Below are positions 9,823 through 19,413 of a stretch of DNA of 64,000 bases, piece by piece. The notes under the pieces are model-generated. The model saw nothing but the letters and a program-made list of their open reading frames with translations. It was not told the DNA's origin and did no database searches. This DNA is from Pseudomonadota bacterium (GTDB taxonomy: Bacteria > Bdellovibrionota_B > Oligoflexia > Silvanigrellales > Silvanigrellaceae): positions 32,001 to 96,000 of the forward strand of contig JBDLRP010000041.1 in assembly GCA_039799905.1 (NCBI GenBank), in the 5' to 3' direction. The translations under genes and the position numbers were made by a program. Each line of letters begins with the position of its first letter. The first letter of the stretch is position 1.

Positions 9823-10641
9823 TCAGGGTACGAAGACAACACGTCTGACGGACGGATAATCCTGACGCAGGGCTTCCAGAAAAAACACCGTGTGCATCTG
9901 ACCTTTTTGCAAACCAGCACAGCCATTGCATGATTCGAGCGGCAACGGGCTACTCAGACACGCGCCGTCTGCACGGTCGCAGGGAATCTGAGCGGGAATA
10001 AAGGCAACGGGGGTGGCGGCAACAAGGGCGTCTTCGTATTCTGCCCACACACCAGAATAAATCTGCAGACTGAGCAATGGACTCGGCGTAAACAGAACTT
10101 TGTCCGCCTCAATACTGAAGCTTGCTTCGCCCTGTTTTTCGGAAGTAAGAAAATTGCGCGCACCGCAACGCACCGACCAGTCGAGCAGCAGACTCTGTTC
10201 CGCAGTGGAAACCGCCGCTTGTTTCCGGCCAGCGCGTGCGTGTTTTAAAAGACATTCCACAAGCGGAGCGTACTCACAGGCCACCGCGCCCGCGGAAGTT
10301 CTGCAACCTGCAAATTTCCAAGCCTGCTGCCTCGCGGCGGGCGAGTCTCTCCATCCAAAGACTTGCGCTCCCGAACTCCCCTGAGCTGTCAGACGCAAAT
10401 CGAACGGAGCGGAGTTTTCAGCCAGCCGCACTGGATCATTGAAAAATCTGTGCACCGCGCGGATCTCGGCGAGCCGCGCTGAAAAATCTTCGGATGAAGA
10501 ATTAGTCTCGTCAGACAATAGCCGTCCTGATGGCAAAACCAGCTCGAGCTTCCAAGTTTTTTCCAGAACAGGCTCAGAAGTGTCTGCGGCACATGCGGTC
10601 AAGAAGAGAGAAAAAAAATTTATAGTTAAATTCTTTATCAC
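9823..10641 (-). CDS. Hypothetical Cys-containing lipoprotein
   Basis: GTG start with GGAG RBS; lipobox LTAC; lies in tandem with upstream minus-strand genes. Confidence 0.55.
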   Translation of the reverse strand: MIKNLTINFFSLFLTACAADTSEPVLEKTWKLELVLPSGRLLSDETNSSSEDFSARLAEIRAVHRFFNDPVRLAENSAPFDLRLTAQGSSGAQVFGWRDSPAARQQAWKFAGCRTSAGAVACEYAPLVECLLKHARAGRKQAAVSTAEQSLLLDWSVRCGARNFLTSEKQGEASFSIEADKVLFTPSPLLSLQIYSGVWAEYEDALVAATPVAFIPAQIPCDRADGACLSSPLPLESCNGCAGLQKGQMHTVFFLEALRQDYPSVRRVVFVP

Positions 10642-10668
10642 AACAATTCTCTCTCCGCTCAGACGAAT

Positions 10669-11250
10669 TCAGAATTCAAAATGATAGTGAACAGACAACT
10701 GTGTTGTGGCAGTGGTAAAACTCGTTTGTGTTGCTGGAAGCAGAACTCCGCCGAAACCAGTTTCAAGCGAAGTTGAAATTTCTCGCAGCAGGGAAACTTC
10801 GACACCGAGTCCGGCGGCAAAAATTGTCGATGTCTCGCGCTTGCTCTTTTCCGACAATTTCTCGGTCAACATCCCTGACTGAAGAAAGGCATACGGAAAA
10901 CTCTTTCCCCAGCCGGCAGAAAGCATTTGATTCCACTTTGCGAACACACCGAAAGACTCGGATTTGCCGGTGCGGTCTGTGCTAAAGTTGATAGCCGCGG
11001 AAGCGAATCCACCATCGATGAGTTCGTGGCGAATGCCGAGGGCCGGACTTCCCCACACTGAACCGCCTTGCGGAAATCCGGCTGACAAAGACCATGGTCC
11101 AAGTGCAGAGTACTGCCCCTGAGGTTGCTGTGGTTCGATGGAAGCCGGAGCAGAAAAAGCCTCGGGCGAAGAGAAGAAAACGAACTTAGAGATCAGTGTC
11201 CAGAAAAGCATCGGACGGGCGAATTTGCTGCGAACTCCCTGCACTGCCAA
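10669..11250 (-). CDS. Small outer-membrane beta-barrel protein (probable start 11211)
   Basis: Signal-like N-terminus, alternating beta-strand pattern, C-terminal YHFEF (BAM-type aromatic end). Confidence 0.6.
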   Translation of the reverse strand: MAVQGVRSKFARPMLFWTLISKFVFFSSPEAFSAPASIEPQQPQGQYSALGPWSLSAGFPQGGSVWGSPALGIRHELIDGGFASAAINFSTDRTGKSESFGVFAKWNQMLSAGWGKSFPYAFLQSGMLTEKLSEKSKRETSTIFAAGLGVEVSLLREISTSLETGFGGVLLPATQTSFTTATTQLSVHYHFEF

Positions 11251-12613
11251 CCTCGCGCTGCACTAGGTTTTTAAACGAGTCACAGAATCGCAGCATCAGC
11301 TCGAGACTTTGGCCGTAATTGAGGCGGGGATCGCAGTAGGACTGGTAGTTGAGCGAAAGGTGGCTCTCGCTCACACCGACGTCGCCGCCGACACACTCCG
11401 TAACATCTTCAGCCGTGATCTCCAGATGCAAACCACCCAACCACGAACCCATGTCATGATGAATGTTTTGCGAAACCAGAACCTCGCTCATGATGCTATC
11501 AAAATATCGGGTTTTCACACCGTCAGACATTCTGACGATATTGCCGTGCATCGGGTCGCAAGACCACGTAACGCACAAACCGGCGTTGCGGACAGCACTC
11601 AGCAAGGCTGGCAGAAGATCGCCGACGAGTGAGGCACCGAAGCGGGTGATGAGAGTTATTCTTCCCCACTCGTTGGCGGGGTTGAGGTGCCGGATCAGTT
11701 GGACGAGTTCTTCGGGAGCCATCGTCGGGCCGACCTTGATTCCAATCGGATTGGAGATTCCCCGCAGATACTCGGCGTGCGCGCCTTCGGGATCGCGGGT
11801 TCTTTCACCCAGCCAGAGAAAATGACTGCCCAGATTGAAATAGCCGGAGTGCTCATCCACATGACGTGTCAATGCCGCCTCGTATGGGAGCAACAATGAC
11901 TCGTGAGATGTGTAGACAGGCTGACGGAACTGCTGCATCGCAGCCGGATGCTCCTGCACCCACAGCTCCAATATGGCAATCGCATCCTCGAGCCGTTCTT
12001 TGATATCTTCGAAAATTGCCGACTCCGGAGCACGCTCATGATGAAGCGACCAGCGCCTCAGACTGCTCAAATGCGACAATCCGCTCTCACTGAGGGCACG
12101 CATCCAGTTGAGGGTCGCACATGCGCATTGGTAGGCATCGAGCATGCGATGCGGATCCGGCCTTCGCGCTGCGGGTGAAAATTCAAAACCGTTGATGATG
12201 TCGCCGCGATAACTTGGCAGCGTCACTCCGTCGCGGGTTTCGCTGTCATCTGAACGAGGCTTGCCGAATTGTCCAGCGAGGCGACCCAACGCAACAACGG
12301 GGCGGCGCAAACCATGCGCGGTAATCAAGCCCATCTGCAGTAGTATTTTTAGCTTTTCGGAAATGACTTCGGACTGACAGTCAATGAAGCGCTCGGCACA
12401 CTCGCCAGCCTGAATCACAAACCGACGCCCCTGCCCTGCTTCACCAATCTGAGTCTTTAGTTTGAGGATTTCCGACGGATGCACGAGCGGAGGACGCTGC
12501 TCGAGCTGTCTGACCACTCTGTTGAACTCAGCCTCGTCAGGATAAACTGGAAGTTGCTGCACTGGCCGCAGCTTCCACGAATCTGGTTTCCATGACGATG
12601 GGTTCACAATCAC
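11186..12613 (-). CDS. Class II 3-deoxy-7-phosphoheptulonate (DAHP) synthase
   Basis: GECAE.F, GRLAGQFGKPRS, LPSYRGDIING, TSHESLLL.YE, HFLWLGERTR, CDPMHGN, CDPRLN: plant/actinobacterial-type class II motifs. Confidence 0.95.
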   Translation of the reverse strand: MIVNPSSWKPDSWKLRPVQQLPVYPDEAEFNRVVRQLEQRPPLVHPSEILKLKTQIGEAGQGRRFVIQAGECAERFIDCQSEVISEKLKILLQMGLITAHGLRRPVVALGRLAGQFGKPRSDDSETRDGVTLPSYRGDIINGFEFSPAARRPDPHRMLDAYQCACATLNWMRALSESGLSHLSSLRRWSLHHERAPESAIFEDIKERLEDAIAILELWVQEHPAAMQQFRQPVYTSHESLLLPYEAALTRHVDEHSGYFNLGSHFLWLGERTRDPEGAHAEYLRGISNPIGIKVGPTMAPEELVQLIRHLNPANEWGRITLITRFGASLVGDLLPALLSAVRNAGLCVTWSCDPMHGNIVRMSDGVKTRYFDSIMSEVLVSQNIHHDMGSWLGGLHLEITAEDVTECVGGDVGVSESHLSLNYQSYCDPRLNYGQSLELMLRFCDSFKNLVQREVGSAGSSQQIRPSDAFLDTDL

Positions 12614-12637
12614 TCGGAGTCCTCGAAATTCATATGA

Positions 12638-12665
12638 CTATCGGCCAAACGGCCGTAGCCCTTGC
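12638..12665 (-). promoter_or_regulatory. Sigma28-like promoter candidate for the DAHP synthase gene
   Basis: Minus strand reads GCAAG-N15-GCCGATAG, 24 nt upstream of the GTG start; compare the FliA consensus TAAA-N15-GCCGATAA. Confidence 0.4.
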
Positions 12666-12860
12666 CCGTGGCACGCTAGCCGTGTCAGCCGCCCTTTGCA
12701 ACACATCTTCTTGACGGGATGGGCATTTCAGAATTCGCCAAGCACCAAATAACACTATGTATTTTAAAAATAAATATCTCTGCGGTTGAAGAACCGCGGG
12801 CAATTCCGTCGGTAAAACTAATCACACGGCAACTTTAAAGCCGCCCTCCGGAGGTACCAA

Positions 12861-14423
12861 CTACACCGCCGCCTTGCTGCGGAGTTTCATCAACGCAGTC
12901 GCCATTTCCTCGGGATACATGACGTCATCGGCTGCACCTGCGGCGATGGCTGCCTGCGGAACAAACGCAAACGAGCTCGCATCCGGATGAATGACCACCG
13001 TCCGCACTCCGGCATCGCGAAGCTTGATCAGGCCTTGCACTCCGTCGCTGCCGAATCCGCCCAGTAAAATTGCGATGACTCCTGCACAAGCAGACTTGCT
13101 GAACGCTTGCGCCGAAGATTCGAACAAAACCTCGCTGGACGGTATCTGCAGACACACCGGCGGTCTTGCGCGCAAGCGCATCACAATCTTGCCCGCGGAG
13201 TTCTCCAACGACAAATGCTGGTCGGCCGGTGCGAAATAGACCGTACCGCGCATCGGCATAAGCCCGTCTTCTGCCGGACGGAGTTGCAACCCGCAGATGT
13301 TTTTCCACTTATTAATGAAGACATTCAAATGTGCGGCCACAGAACTGACGGCAACAAGCACAGGTGGCGTGTCGCGTGGCAGAGTCTTGAGAAGTACCGA
13401 CAATTCATTGTGCGCGCCGCCATTGCCACCAACGAGAATTGTATGAATACCTTCGCCGGCGCGCGTCGACGTGTGGGCCGCAACAGTGCGTGGCGGGGTT
13501 GCGACACGCGCGGTTTTTCCAACCCGATCTGCGGAGCTGGCTGCAGCAATAACTTTTTGAACAAGATTCTCGGCAAAAAATCGCAACGAATTCGGGTCAT
13601 ACTGGTCCGGCTTCTGGACAAACTCCAATGCACCAAGCTCCAATGCACGCACTGCTGCATCGTCATCAGGATTCAATGAAGACACCATGATCGTCGGAAT
13701 TGGAAGGTGCTGCATCAGCTTTTCAAGAAATTTGACCCCCGACATTCCCGGCATCTCGATATCGAGAAGCACCACGTCCGGACGGTGTTTAACGATAACT
13801 TCACGAGCCTCGAAGGCATCTCTTGCGACGGCGACAACCTCAATTTTTCCGGATTGACTCAGAACCCTGCTGAAAATTGTTCTAACAGCGGCAGAATCAT
13901 CGACAACCACCGCCCTGACGCTTCGGCGCAGCAGAGCAGAGCTCGTTCCTGACAATGACACGCTTGTCCTGTCGTTCATCAACTGGTGTTCAACCGAAAA
14001 ATCTGCGGTGTTGAAAATAATCTTGCGCCCGGCCGTGCCGCCCGTCTCCTGAGCAGAAACTGGAATTCTGTGCGCAGCCAGCACGCGGGTTGCAAAATCG
14101 ATGTTCTGCTTGCCGATGCTCTCACCCAAATTGAGGTTGTCGAGAACACGCGCACCGCCGTAAACTTTTGCCTGCAGCCTTTGAAGATCAGCTCCGGCTT
14201 CCTGCATCGAAAGAAGCATCTGCGCAAATGAGACACTCCCATAGCGGAGATTCGCCTCGCCGCCAGCAGTGGTTGGTTCGGGAAGAAGGTAATGATTGAC
14301 AGCGCCAATCCGGCGGACGGGATCAAACAAAACGATCGCAACACACGAACCAAGAATGGTAGTCACCAAACAAGGTTCACGGTAGACGACATACTGCCCC
14401 GGAAACAGGTAGTGGGATTTCAT
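12861..14423 (-). CDS. CheD-receiver-CheB fusion; methylesterase domain apparently catalytically degenerate
   Basis: CheD motifs TILGSCVAI, NHYLLP, KVYGGA, IGKQN, GGTAGRKI. REC motifs VVDDS, LLDIEMP, FVQKP. CheB-like domain has GGNGG in place of GASTGG, no QHM, and keeps GFGSDG. Confidence 0.85.
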   Translation of the reverse strand: MKSHYLFPGQYVVYREPCLVTTILGSCVAIVLFDPVRRIGAVNHYLLPEPTTAGGEANLRYGSVSFAQMLLSMQEAGADLQRLQAKVYGGARVLDNLNLGESIGKQNIDFATRVLAAHRIPVSAQETGGTAGRKIIFNTADFSVEHQLMNDRTSVSLSGTSSALLRRSVRAVVVDDSAAVRTIFSRVLSQSGKIEVVAVARDAFEAREVIVKHRPDVVLLDIEMPGMSGVKFLEKLMQHLPIPTIMVSSLNPDDDAAVRALELGALEFVQKPDQYDPNSLRFFAENLVQKVIAAASSADRVGKTARVATPPRTVAAHTSTRAGEGIHTILVGGNGGAHNELSVLLKTLPRDTPPVLVAVSSVAAHLNVFINKWKNICGLQLRPAEDGLMPMRGTVYFAPADQHLSLENSAGKIVMRLRARPPVCLQIPSSEVLFESSAQAFSKSACAGVIAILLGGFGSDGVQGLIKLRDAGVRTVVIHPDASSFAFVPQAAIAAGAADDVMYPEEMATALMKLRSKAAV

Positions 14424-14876
14424 TTAAGCCACTCGCCGCACATCCATCATCAAAACAGATTCCTGTTCGACAATGCATAGATGACTTACGAGCAGTTGTG
14501 AATCATCAAGCTTATGCAGATCTTCGACAGGAAAATCCTGAACGTGCAGCATCTTTTCAACCCAGAGACCAAACTTACGCCGGCCATCATTGACCACGAT
14601 GATGCATCCTTGTCCGGACTGCGCTTCGCCCACTTCACCTTTTCCGAGCAATGAGGCCAGATGATAAATTGTAAAAACAATTCCGCGCAGGTTGACCACG
14701 CCCAACACATTGTCTCTGCGGATTGGCAGGGTATTCCAGCGGCGCGACTCAAGTACTTCGACTACTTGAGACATCGGAATTCCGAATTTTTGTTCGCCGA
14801 CCTGAATCAGAAGGTATCCTTGGTGCGGCCCCTTCGCCTTCTTCTCTTCAAGAGCTTCCTGTACGATATTCATCAT
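14424..14876 (-). CDS. cheW: CheW
   Basis: FGIPMSQVVEV...VLGVVNLRG...FGLWVEK. Confidence 0.88.
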   Translation of the reverse strand: MMNIVQEALEEKKAKGPHQGYLLIQVGEQKFGIPMSQVVEVLESRRWNTLPIRRDNVLGVVNLRGIVFTIYHLASLLGKGEVGEAQSGQGCIIVVNDGRRKFGLWVEKMLHVQDFPVEDLHKLDDSQLLVSHLCIVEQESVLMMDVRRVA

Positions 14877-14885
14877 AAGAACTCC

Positions 14886-17063
14886 TTATGCCGCATAAGC
14901 TTCGTTGACGAGAGATTCGGCGTCCAGAACAAAGGCAACGTGCTCCGAATCGAGAAGGCTTGTCCCCTTGAACCCGACCAGCTTCTCAACGACATTGTCA
15001 AAAGGCCGGACAACAGCCTCCAGCTGGTCGATGACCTTATCGACAACCAACGCCAGTGAGTGATTCTTGTGGCTGATTATCAGTACCAAAGCGTCAGGAG
15101 AAAAGTCTTTTTTATCGAGAGCGCTGCCGTGCAGCGGCGACTCAATGAACGAGCGGTAGTCTCCCAGCGGAATTGTGGAACCCTCATGCTGGCAGGTCAT
15201 CCGGCCGTCGACTTTTGAAAGGATCAACTCTTTGACCGGTGCGATTTTTGAAATGCTCACAAGCGGAATCACAATCTGATGGCCGCCACTTTCAGCAAGT
15301 AGGGTATTTTCCACGAGAACAGTTTTGGGAATCGGAATTTTAAGAACAATTCTGCTTCCGACACGCGGCGTGGATTCGACAGTGACTGTTCCACCCAACC
15401 GCGAAATTTCAGTTCTGACCACATCCATGCCGACACCACGGCCTGAGACGTTAGTCACCTTTTCAGCAGTTGAAAATCCTGGAAGGAAGATAAGATCAAT
15501 GACTTCAGCATCCGTCATTCTGAACGCAGAATCTCGGTCGACTAGTCCTTTTTCAATTGCTTTTCGGCGAACGCGATCGGCATCGATACCGGCGCCGTCA
15601 TCATTGATGGTGATGTGAATTTTTTCACCGATCTGGGTCGCCTCTACCTGAATCATTCCCTGTTCAGACTTTCCACAGTCGCGTCTCATCTGAGCCGCCT
15701 CAATCCCGTGGTCCACGGAATTGCGCAGCACGTGCACCAATGAGCTCGACAGTGCCTTCGCGATACTTTTGTCGACACCCAAATCGATTCCCGTCATTTC
15801 GAGGCGAACCTGTTTACCCAAATCCTGCGAAGCCTGGCGGACGACGCGCGGAAACTTCTGAAATGCGACTTTCAACTGAACCTTTCGCACTTCCATAATC
15901 TGCGCCTGAATCTGTTCGGATATCTTGTCGAGCGACTGGTTCATCTCCTCCAGACGCTGTTTTTGCTCGATAGGGATCGCCAGTTTAGAGACCTGCTTGA
16001 TAGTCGCGTGATACGCGTTTTTCAAAACTACCAATTCTCCGGAGAGCTCCATAAATGAATTGAGTTTGTCAATTGTTACCAAGATTCCGTCTTCTTCATC
16101 ATCGCTGACAGATTGCCCGGGATCGACAGGTGCAAAAGAAAAATTTGAAAGAGCCGCGGATTGAGCTTCGTGGGTTTCAGAGGCTTGCTGTACCGAAGGC
16201 TGGACTTCCTCTGCGCCAGCGCCGGCAGAAGCTTCAGAGGCCGGCGATTTTGAAATACCAGCCACAGCCCCCGCACGTCCCTCAGTCCATTGATTGAGAG
16301 CATCGATAAAGGGCTGCAAATTGATTTTTGTTTCTTTGAAATTTTCAAAGTCCGTAACCAGATTCTTGACCACGTCGGCAGCCTGCAGGAGCACGTGCGT
16401 GAGGCTCTGAGAAGGAACGAGCTTGCCTTTTTTTATAGCCTGCAGAAGATTTTCATAAGCATGGGTCACGGCACTGATTTTTTCCGCACCCTGAAAGGCT
16501 CCTGCCGACCCTTTCAGGGTATGAGCCTTGCGGAACAAAACGTCGATTACGTCCGATTGACCGGAACTATCCTCAAGCTTGAAAATCAACCCTTCGATAT
16601 CTCGCAGCAATTCGTTTGCCTCGTCGCAAAATATCTTGCGGATGAATTTGAGCTCTTCTTGATCCTGTTCGATTTCTTTTTGTCGCTGCGTAACAAAGGT
16701 CGCCGCCATATCATACAGCCGACCCAAATCCTGTGGTTTTTCGAGAAGGTCATCTATTCCGTGCCGGAGCCCCTCGAGCACTGTCTGCTTGTCCGCATAT
16801 CCGGTCAGGATAACAAACTTAAGCCTCGGAAACTCTTCTTTTGCACGTCTGCAGAGCTCAATTCCATTCATTCCGGGCATACGGTAGTCGCTGACCACAG
16901 CGAAGCAAACCCGCTCGCGCATCGCAACCAACGCGTCTTCTGCTGTGCAGACCGCGAGCACGGGGCACCCGAGTCCATCGAGAGTTTCGCAGATCGCTTC
17001 CCTGAGCTCAGTGTCGTCTTCGACAACCAAAAGAGTCTCTGTGATTTTAAAGGAAGCGTTCAT
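14886..17063 (-). CDS. cheA: CheA with an N-terminal receiver domain
   Basis: REC (VVEDD, VSDYRMPGMNG, LTG, LEKP); Hpt FRKAHTLKG; HVLRNSVDHG, DDGAG, SGRGVGMDVV; C-terminal CheW domain. Confidence 0.93.
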   Translation of the reverse strand: MNASFKITETLLVVEDDTELREAICETLDGLGCPVLAVCTAEDALVAMRERVCFAVVSDYRMPGMNGIELCRRAKEEFPRLKFVILTGYADKQTVLEGLRHGIDDLLEKPQDLGRLYDMAATFVTQRQKEIEQDQEELKFIRKIFCDEANELLRDIEGLIFKLEDSSGQSDVIDVLFRKAHTLKGSAGAFQGAEKISAVTHAYENLLQAIKKGKLVPSQSLTHVLLQAADVVKNLVTDFENFKETKINLQPFIDALNQWTEGRAGAVAGISKSPASEASAGAGAEEVQPSVQQASETHEAQSAALSNFSFAPVDPGQSVSDDEEDGILVTIDKLNSFMELSGELVVLKNAYHATIKQVSKLAIPIEQKQRLEEMNQSLDKISEQIQAQIMEVRKVQLKVAFQKFPRVVRQASQDLGKQVRLEMTGIDLGVDKSIAKALSSSLVHVLRNSVDHGIEAAQMRRDCGKSEQGMIQVEATQIGEKIHITINDDGAGIDADRVRRKAIEKGLVDRDSAFRMTDAEVIDLIFLPGFSTAEKVTNVSGRGVGMDVVRTEISRLGGTVTVESTPRVGSRIVLKIPIPKTVLVENTLLAESGGHQIVIPLVSISKIAPVKELILSKVDGRMTCQHEGSTIPLGDYRSFIESPLHGSALDKKDFSPDALVLIISHKNHSLALVVDKVIDQLEAVVRPFDNVVEKLVGFKGTSLLDSEHVAFVLDAESLVNEAYAA

Positions 17064-18007
17064 GCTGCTTCTCCTTTTTGTTTGGCAGGCAGTCGCTCGT
17101 AGACTGCGGCAGCTCTCGACTTCAATGAAGGGCTGACGCCCATAATTGTTTCTGAATGTCCGATGAAGAGGTATCCACCGATGCGCAGTGCGCCCTCGAG
17201 TTTCTTGATGGTGGATTGAATCTGCGGCTTATCAAAATAGATCATCACGTTTCTGCAGAATATAATGTCGAATTTATTTTGAAATGTGTAGTCCGGAGTC
17301 ATCAGATTGAAGGGTGCAAAGGTGATCATGTCTCTGATGGCTCGCCTGACTCGCACGAATTCGGACGACTTACCCTTACCCTGCTCAAAGTACATTCCCC
17401 TGAACTCAGAAGGAACACTCTCCAGCGCGGTTGCCGGATATACCCCGCGCGCGGCTTTGCCCAAAATTTCGCGGTCGATATCTGAGGCAAGCATATGCAC
17501 GGCCCAATTCTCTGAAGAAGGCAGGCTGTTTCTGATCACCATAGCTATTGAATAGGGTTCTTCGCCTGAACTGCAGGCTGCGCACCAGATGCGCAATTCC
17601 CTGCTCTTCCTTTTCTCGGGACTTGCACAGATCTCGCGAATGAGCTTCGTGAGTACAGTGTAATGCTGAGGTTCGCGAAAAAAGTGTGTGGTATTTGTCG
17701 TAATTGCACTAACAAATATGCTTTTTATTTCGTCGCGGCCGCTGATCAGTGCGGCATAGAGTTCCTGATAGTTTTTGAAGCCCAGCGCAGGCATTACCTT
17801 GCTCATCCGGGTGGCAAGAAGGGTCTGATTCTTCGCAGATAAAGTCAGATTGATCCCCGTTTCTTGCCGAAGATAGTCGGCAATTCGGGAAAACCCGCTG
17901 ACATCATCCTCCAGTTGCTTGAGGCTGAACGCCTCGTTAACCCCCGACACAACACCTCCCTCGTGATCTACAACCGGGTTATCGGCAGTGTTTTTTGAAA
18001 AACTCAT
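17060..18007 (-). CDS. cheR: Chemotaxis methyltransferase CheR
   Basis: TTNTTHFFRE, RIWCAACSSGEEPYSIAM, ASDID, FDIIFCRNVMIYF, GHSE. Confidence 0.96.
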   Translation of the reverse strand: MSFSKNTADNPVVDHEGGVVSGVNEAFSLKQLEDDVSGFSRIADYLRQETGINLTLSAKNQTLLATRMSKVMPALGFKNYQELYAALISGRDEIKSIFVSAITTNTTHFFREPQHYTVLTKLIREICASPEKRKSRELRIWCAACSSGEEPYSIAMVIRNSLPSSENWAVHMLASDIDREILGKAARGVYPATALESVPSEFRGMYFEQGKGKSSEFVRVRRAIRDMITFAPFNLMTPDYTFQNKFDIIFCRNVMIYFDKPQIQSTIKKLEGALRIGGYLFIGHSETIMGVSPSLKSRAAAVYERLPAKQKGEAA

Positions 18008-18096
18008 GTCAAATACCCGACGACTGGTTCAAATAGGTCGGAAATTTTTCACCAAAGTTCCGATACCAAGAGTGACTCAGTGTCGGGAGGCAAATC

Positions 18097-18582
18097 GTGG
18101 AGCGTCATGCACGAAAAACAGCGGAAGAAGGTCGTTACCTGAGCTTTCAACTCGCAAGTGAAACTTATGCTGTGCCAATTAAAACCGTTTCGGAAATCAT
18201 TGGACTGAGCGACATCACTCACGTACCAAACTTGCCGGATTATATGCGCGGTATCATTAACCTGCGCGGCAAGGTTCTGCCTGTCATGGACCTGAGGCGG
18301 AAGTTTTCACTGGCTTCAACACAATACACGCGCGAAACATGTATCATTATAGTGGATATCTGGATGCGAAAAGTCGGACTTATTGTCGACACTGTGCGCG
18401 AGGTTCTAGATTTCAAGTCGACGAACATCGAACCTGCACCGGATATCGGCGGCCCCAGCCACACTCATTGCCTGATTGGGATTGGCAAACTTCCAGATAG
18501 AGTTGTCATTTTGGTTGAACCCAGTCTTATTCTGTCGGCCGAGGAACTGACGGGCTCCGTCTCGTTCGCTTCGGTGGCCTGA
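18097..18582 (+). CDS. cheW: CheW (divergent from cheR)
   Basis: YLSFQL.ETYAVPI..VSEII, GIINLRGKVLPVMDLR, GLIVDTVREV; GTG start with GGAGG RBS. Confidence 0.93.
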   Translation: MERHARKTAEEGRYLSFQLASETYAVPIKTVSEIIGLSDITHVPNLPDYMRGIINLRGKVLPVMDLRRKFSLASTQYTRETCIIIVDIWMRKVGLIVDTVREVLDFKSTNIEPAPDIGGPSHTHCLIGIGKLPDRVVILVEPSLILSAEELTGSVSFASVA

Positions 18583-18585
18583 GGA

Positions 18586-19239
18586 TCAGAACTGGCTTAA
18601 AAAAAGGATTCCAAGTCCAAAGAAGCCTGTCACGTCGTTGTTCCATGCCAGCTCGCCATTTCTTCGCAGTGAAAATCTTCGGAACGTCGCTCCGCCCTCG
18701 ATGAAAATTCCAGAGGGAAGAACGATCTGCAACCGTGACTGCGCAGGAAATGCGGAGTACATCGCGTAATTTTGAGCATTGTGCCGCAGATAGACAACCG
18801 ACATGCCGCCGGCAAAACAAGGCCGAACTCTCGAATACACAAAGAAGCAGGCACTATAAAGAAACGCCGGCTCCAGCATTTGATAAGGCGCCTTTGCGAT
18901 CAGCGGGAATTTGAGATCCGAACTCTTGAGAGTGTAGAAGGCTGAATGACTCACGGATATCACGTTGGACAATTCGAGACCAGACTTGCCCACGTTGGTG
19001 TAAAAGGCATGAGAGAAACCGAGTGTATAGGTCGGATATCGCGTATCACGCGACAACGTCCCCTTGTTGTTTGAGGTTCCGCCGCGCTGAAAAACCGCCA
19101 TATCTCCTTCGGAGGCAAGTGACCGCAGAGGACAACCGAGAGAACAACAGAGTGCAAAAACACTCGACGACAACCGGAAAAATCCAGTTGAAGCAGTATT
19201 TAAGCGACTGTCAATCTCAGTTCGTAGTTCCGAAATCAA
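18586..19239 (-). CDS. Probable outer-membrane beta-barrel protein (start uncertain)
   Basis: Aromatic-rich amphipathic strands and a C-terminal Phe. Confidence 0.45.
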   Translation of the reverse strand: MISELRTEIDSRLNTASTGFFRLSSSVFALCCSLGCPLRSLASEGDMAVFQRGGTSNNKGTLSRDTRYPTYTLGFSHAFYTNVGKSGLELSNVISVSHSAFYTLKSSDLKFPLIAKAPYQMLEPAFLYSACFFVYSRVRPCFAGGMSVVYLRHNAQNYAMYSAFPAQSRLQIVLPSGIFIEGGATFRRFSLRRNGELAWNNDVTGFFGLGILFLSQF

Positions 19240-19358
19240 GCTCTAGCCTCCTGTAGGACGTTTCGGAACTCGCTGGCGGCAGCTGAGCAGGCGTCCGAAT
19301 AATGACGCCCGGCTCAATAAAATACCCAACAAAAATGACAGTAAATTGCCGCAATCAA

Positions 19359-19386
19359 TCAAACTTTCGCACTTTAAATCCGAAAA
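19359..19386 (+). promoter_or_regulatory. Sigma28-like promoter candidate for the RCC1 lipoprotein gene
   Basis: TCAAA-N15-TCCGAAAA, 27 nt upstream of the ATG. Confidence 0.35.
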
Positions 19387-19413
19387 GTACCACATGGGGG
19401 ATGAGTAAACTTT

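Noticed and set aside
12614..12860. Aromatic amino-acid attenuator upstream of DAHP synthase
   Set aside because: No Trp/Phe/Tyr-rich leader peptide or U-tailed terminator was found on the minus strand.
16290..17102. 270-aa plus-strand ORF
   Set aside because: Antisense to REC-cheA; no family signal.
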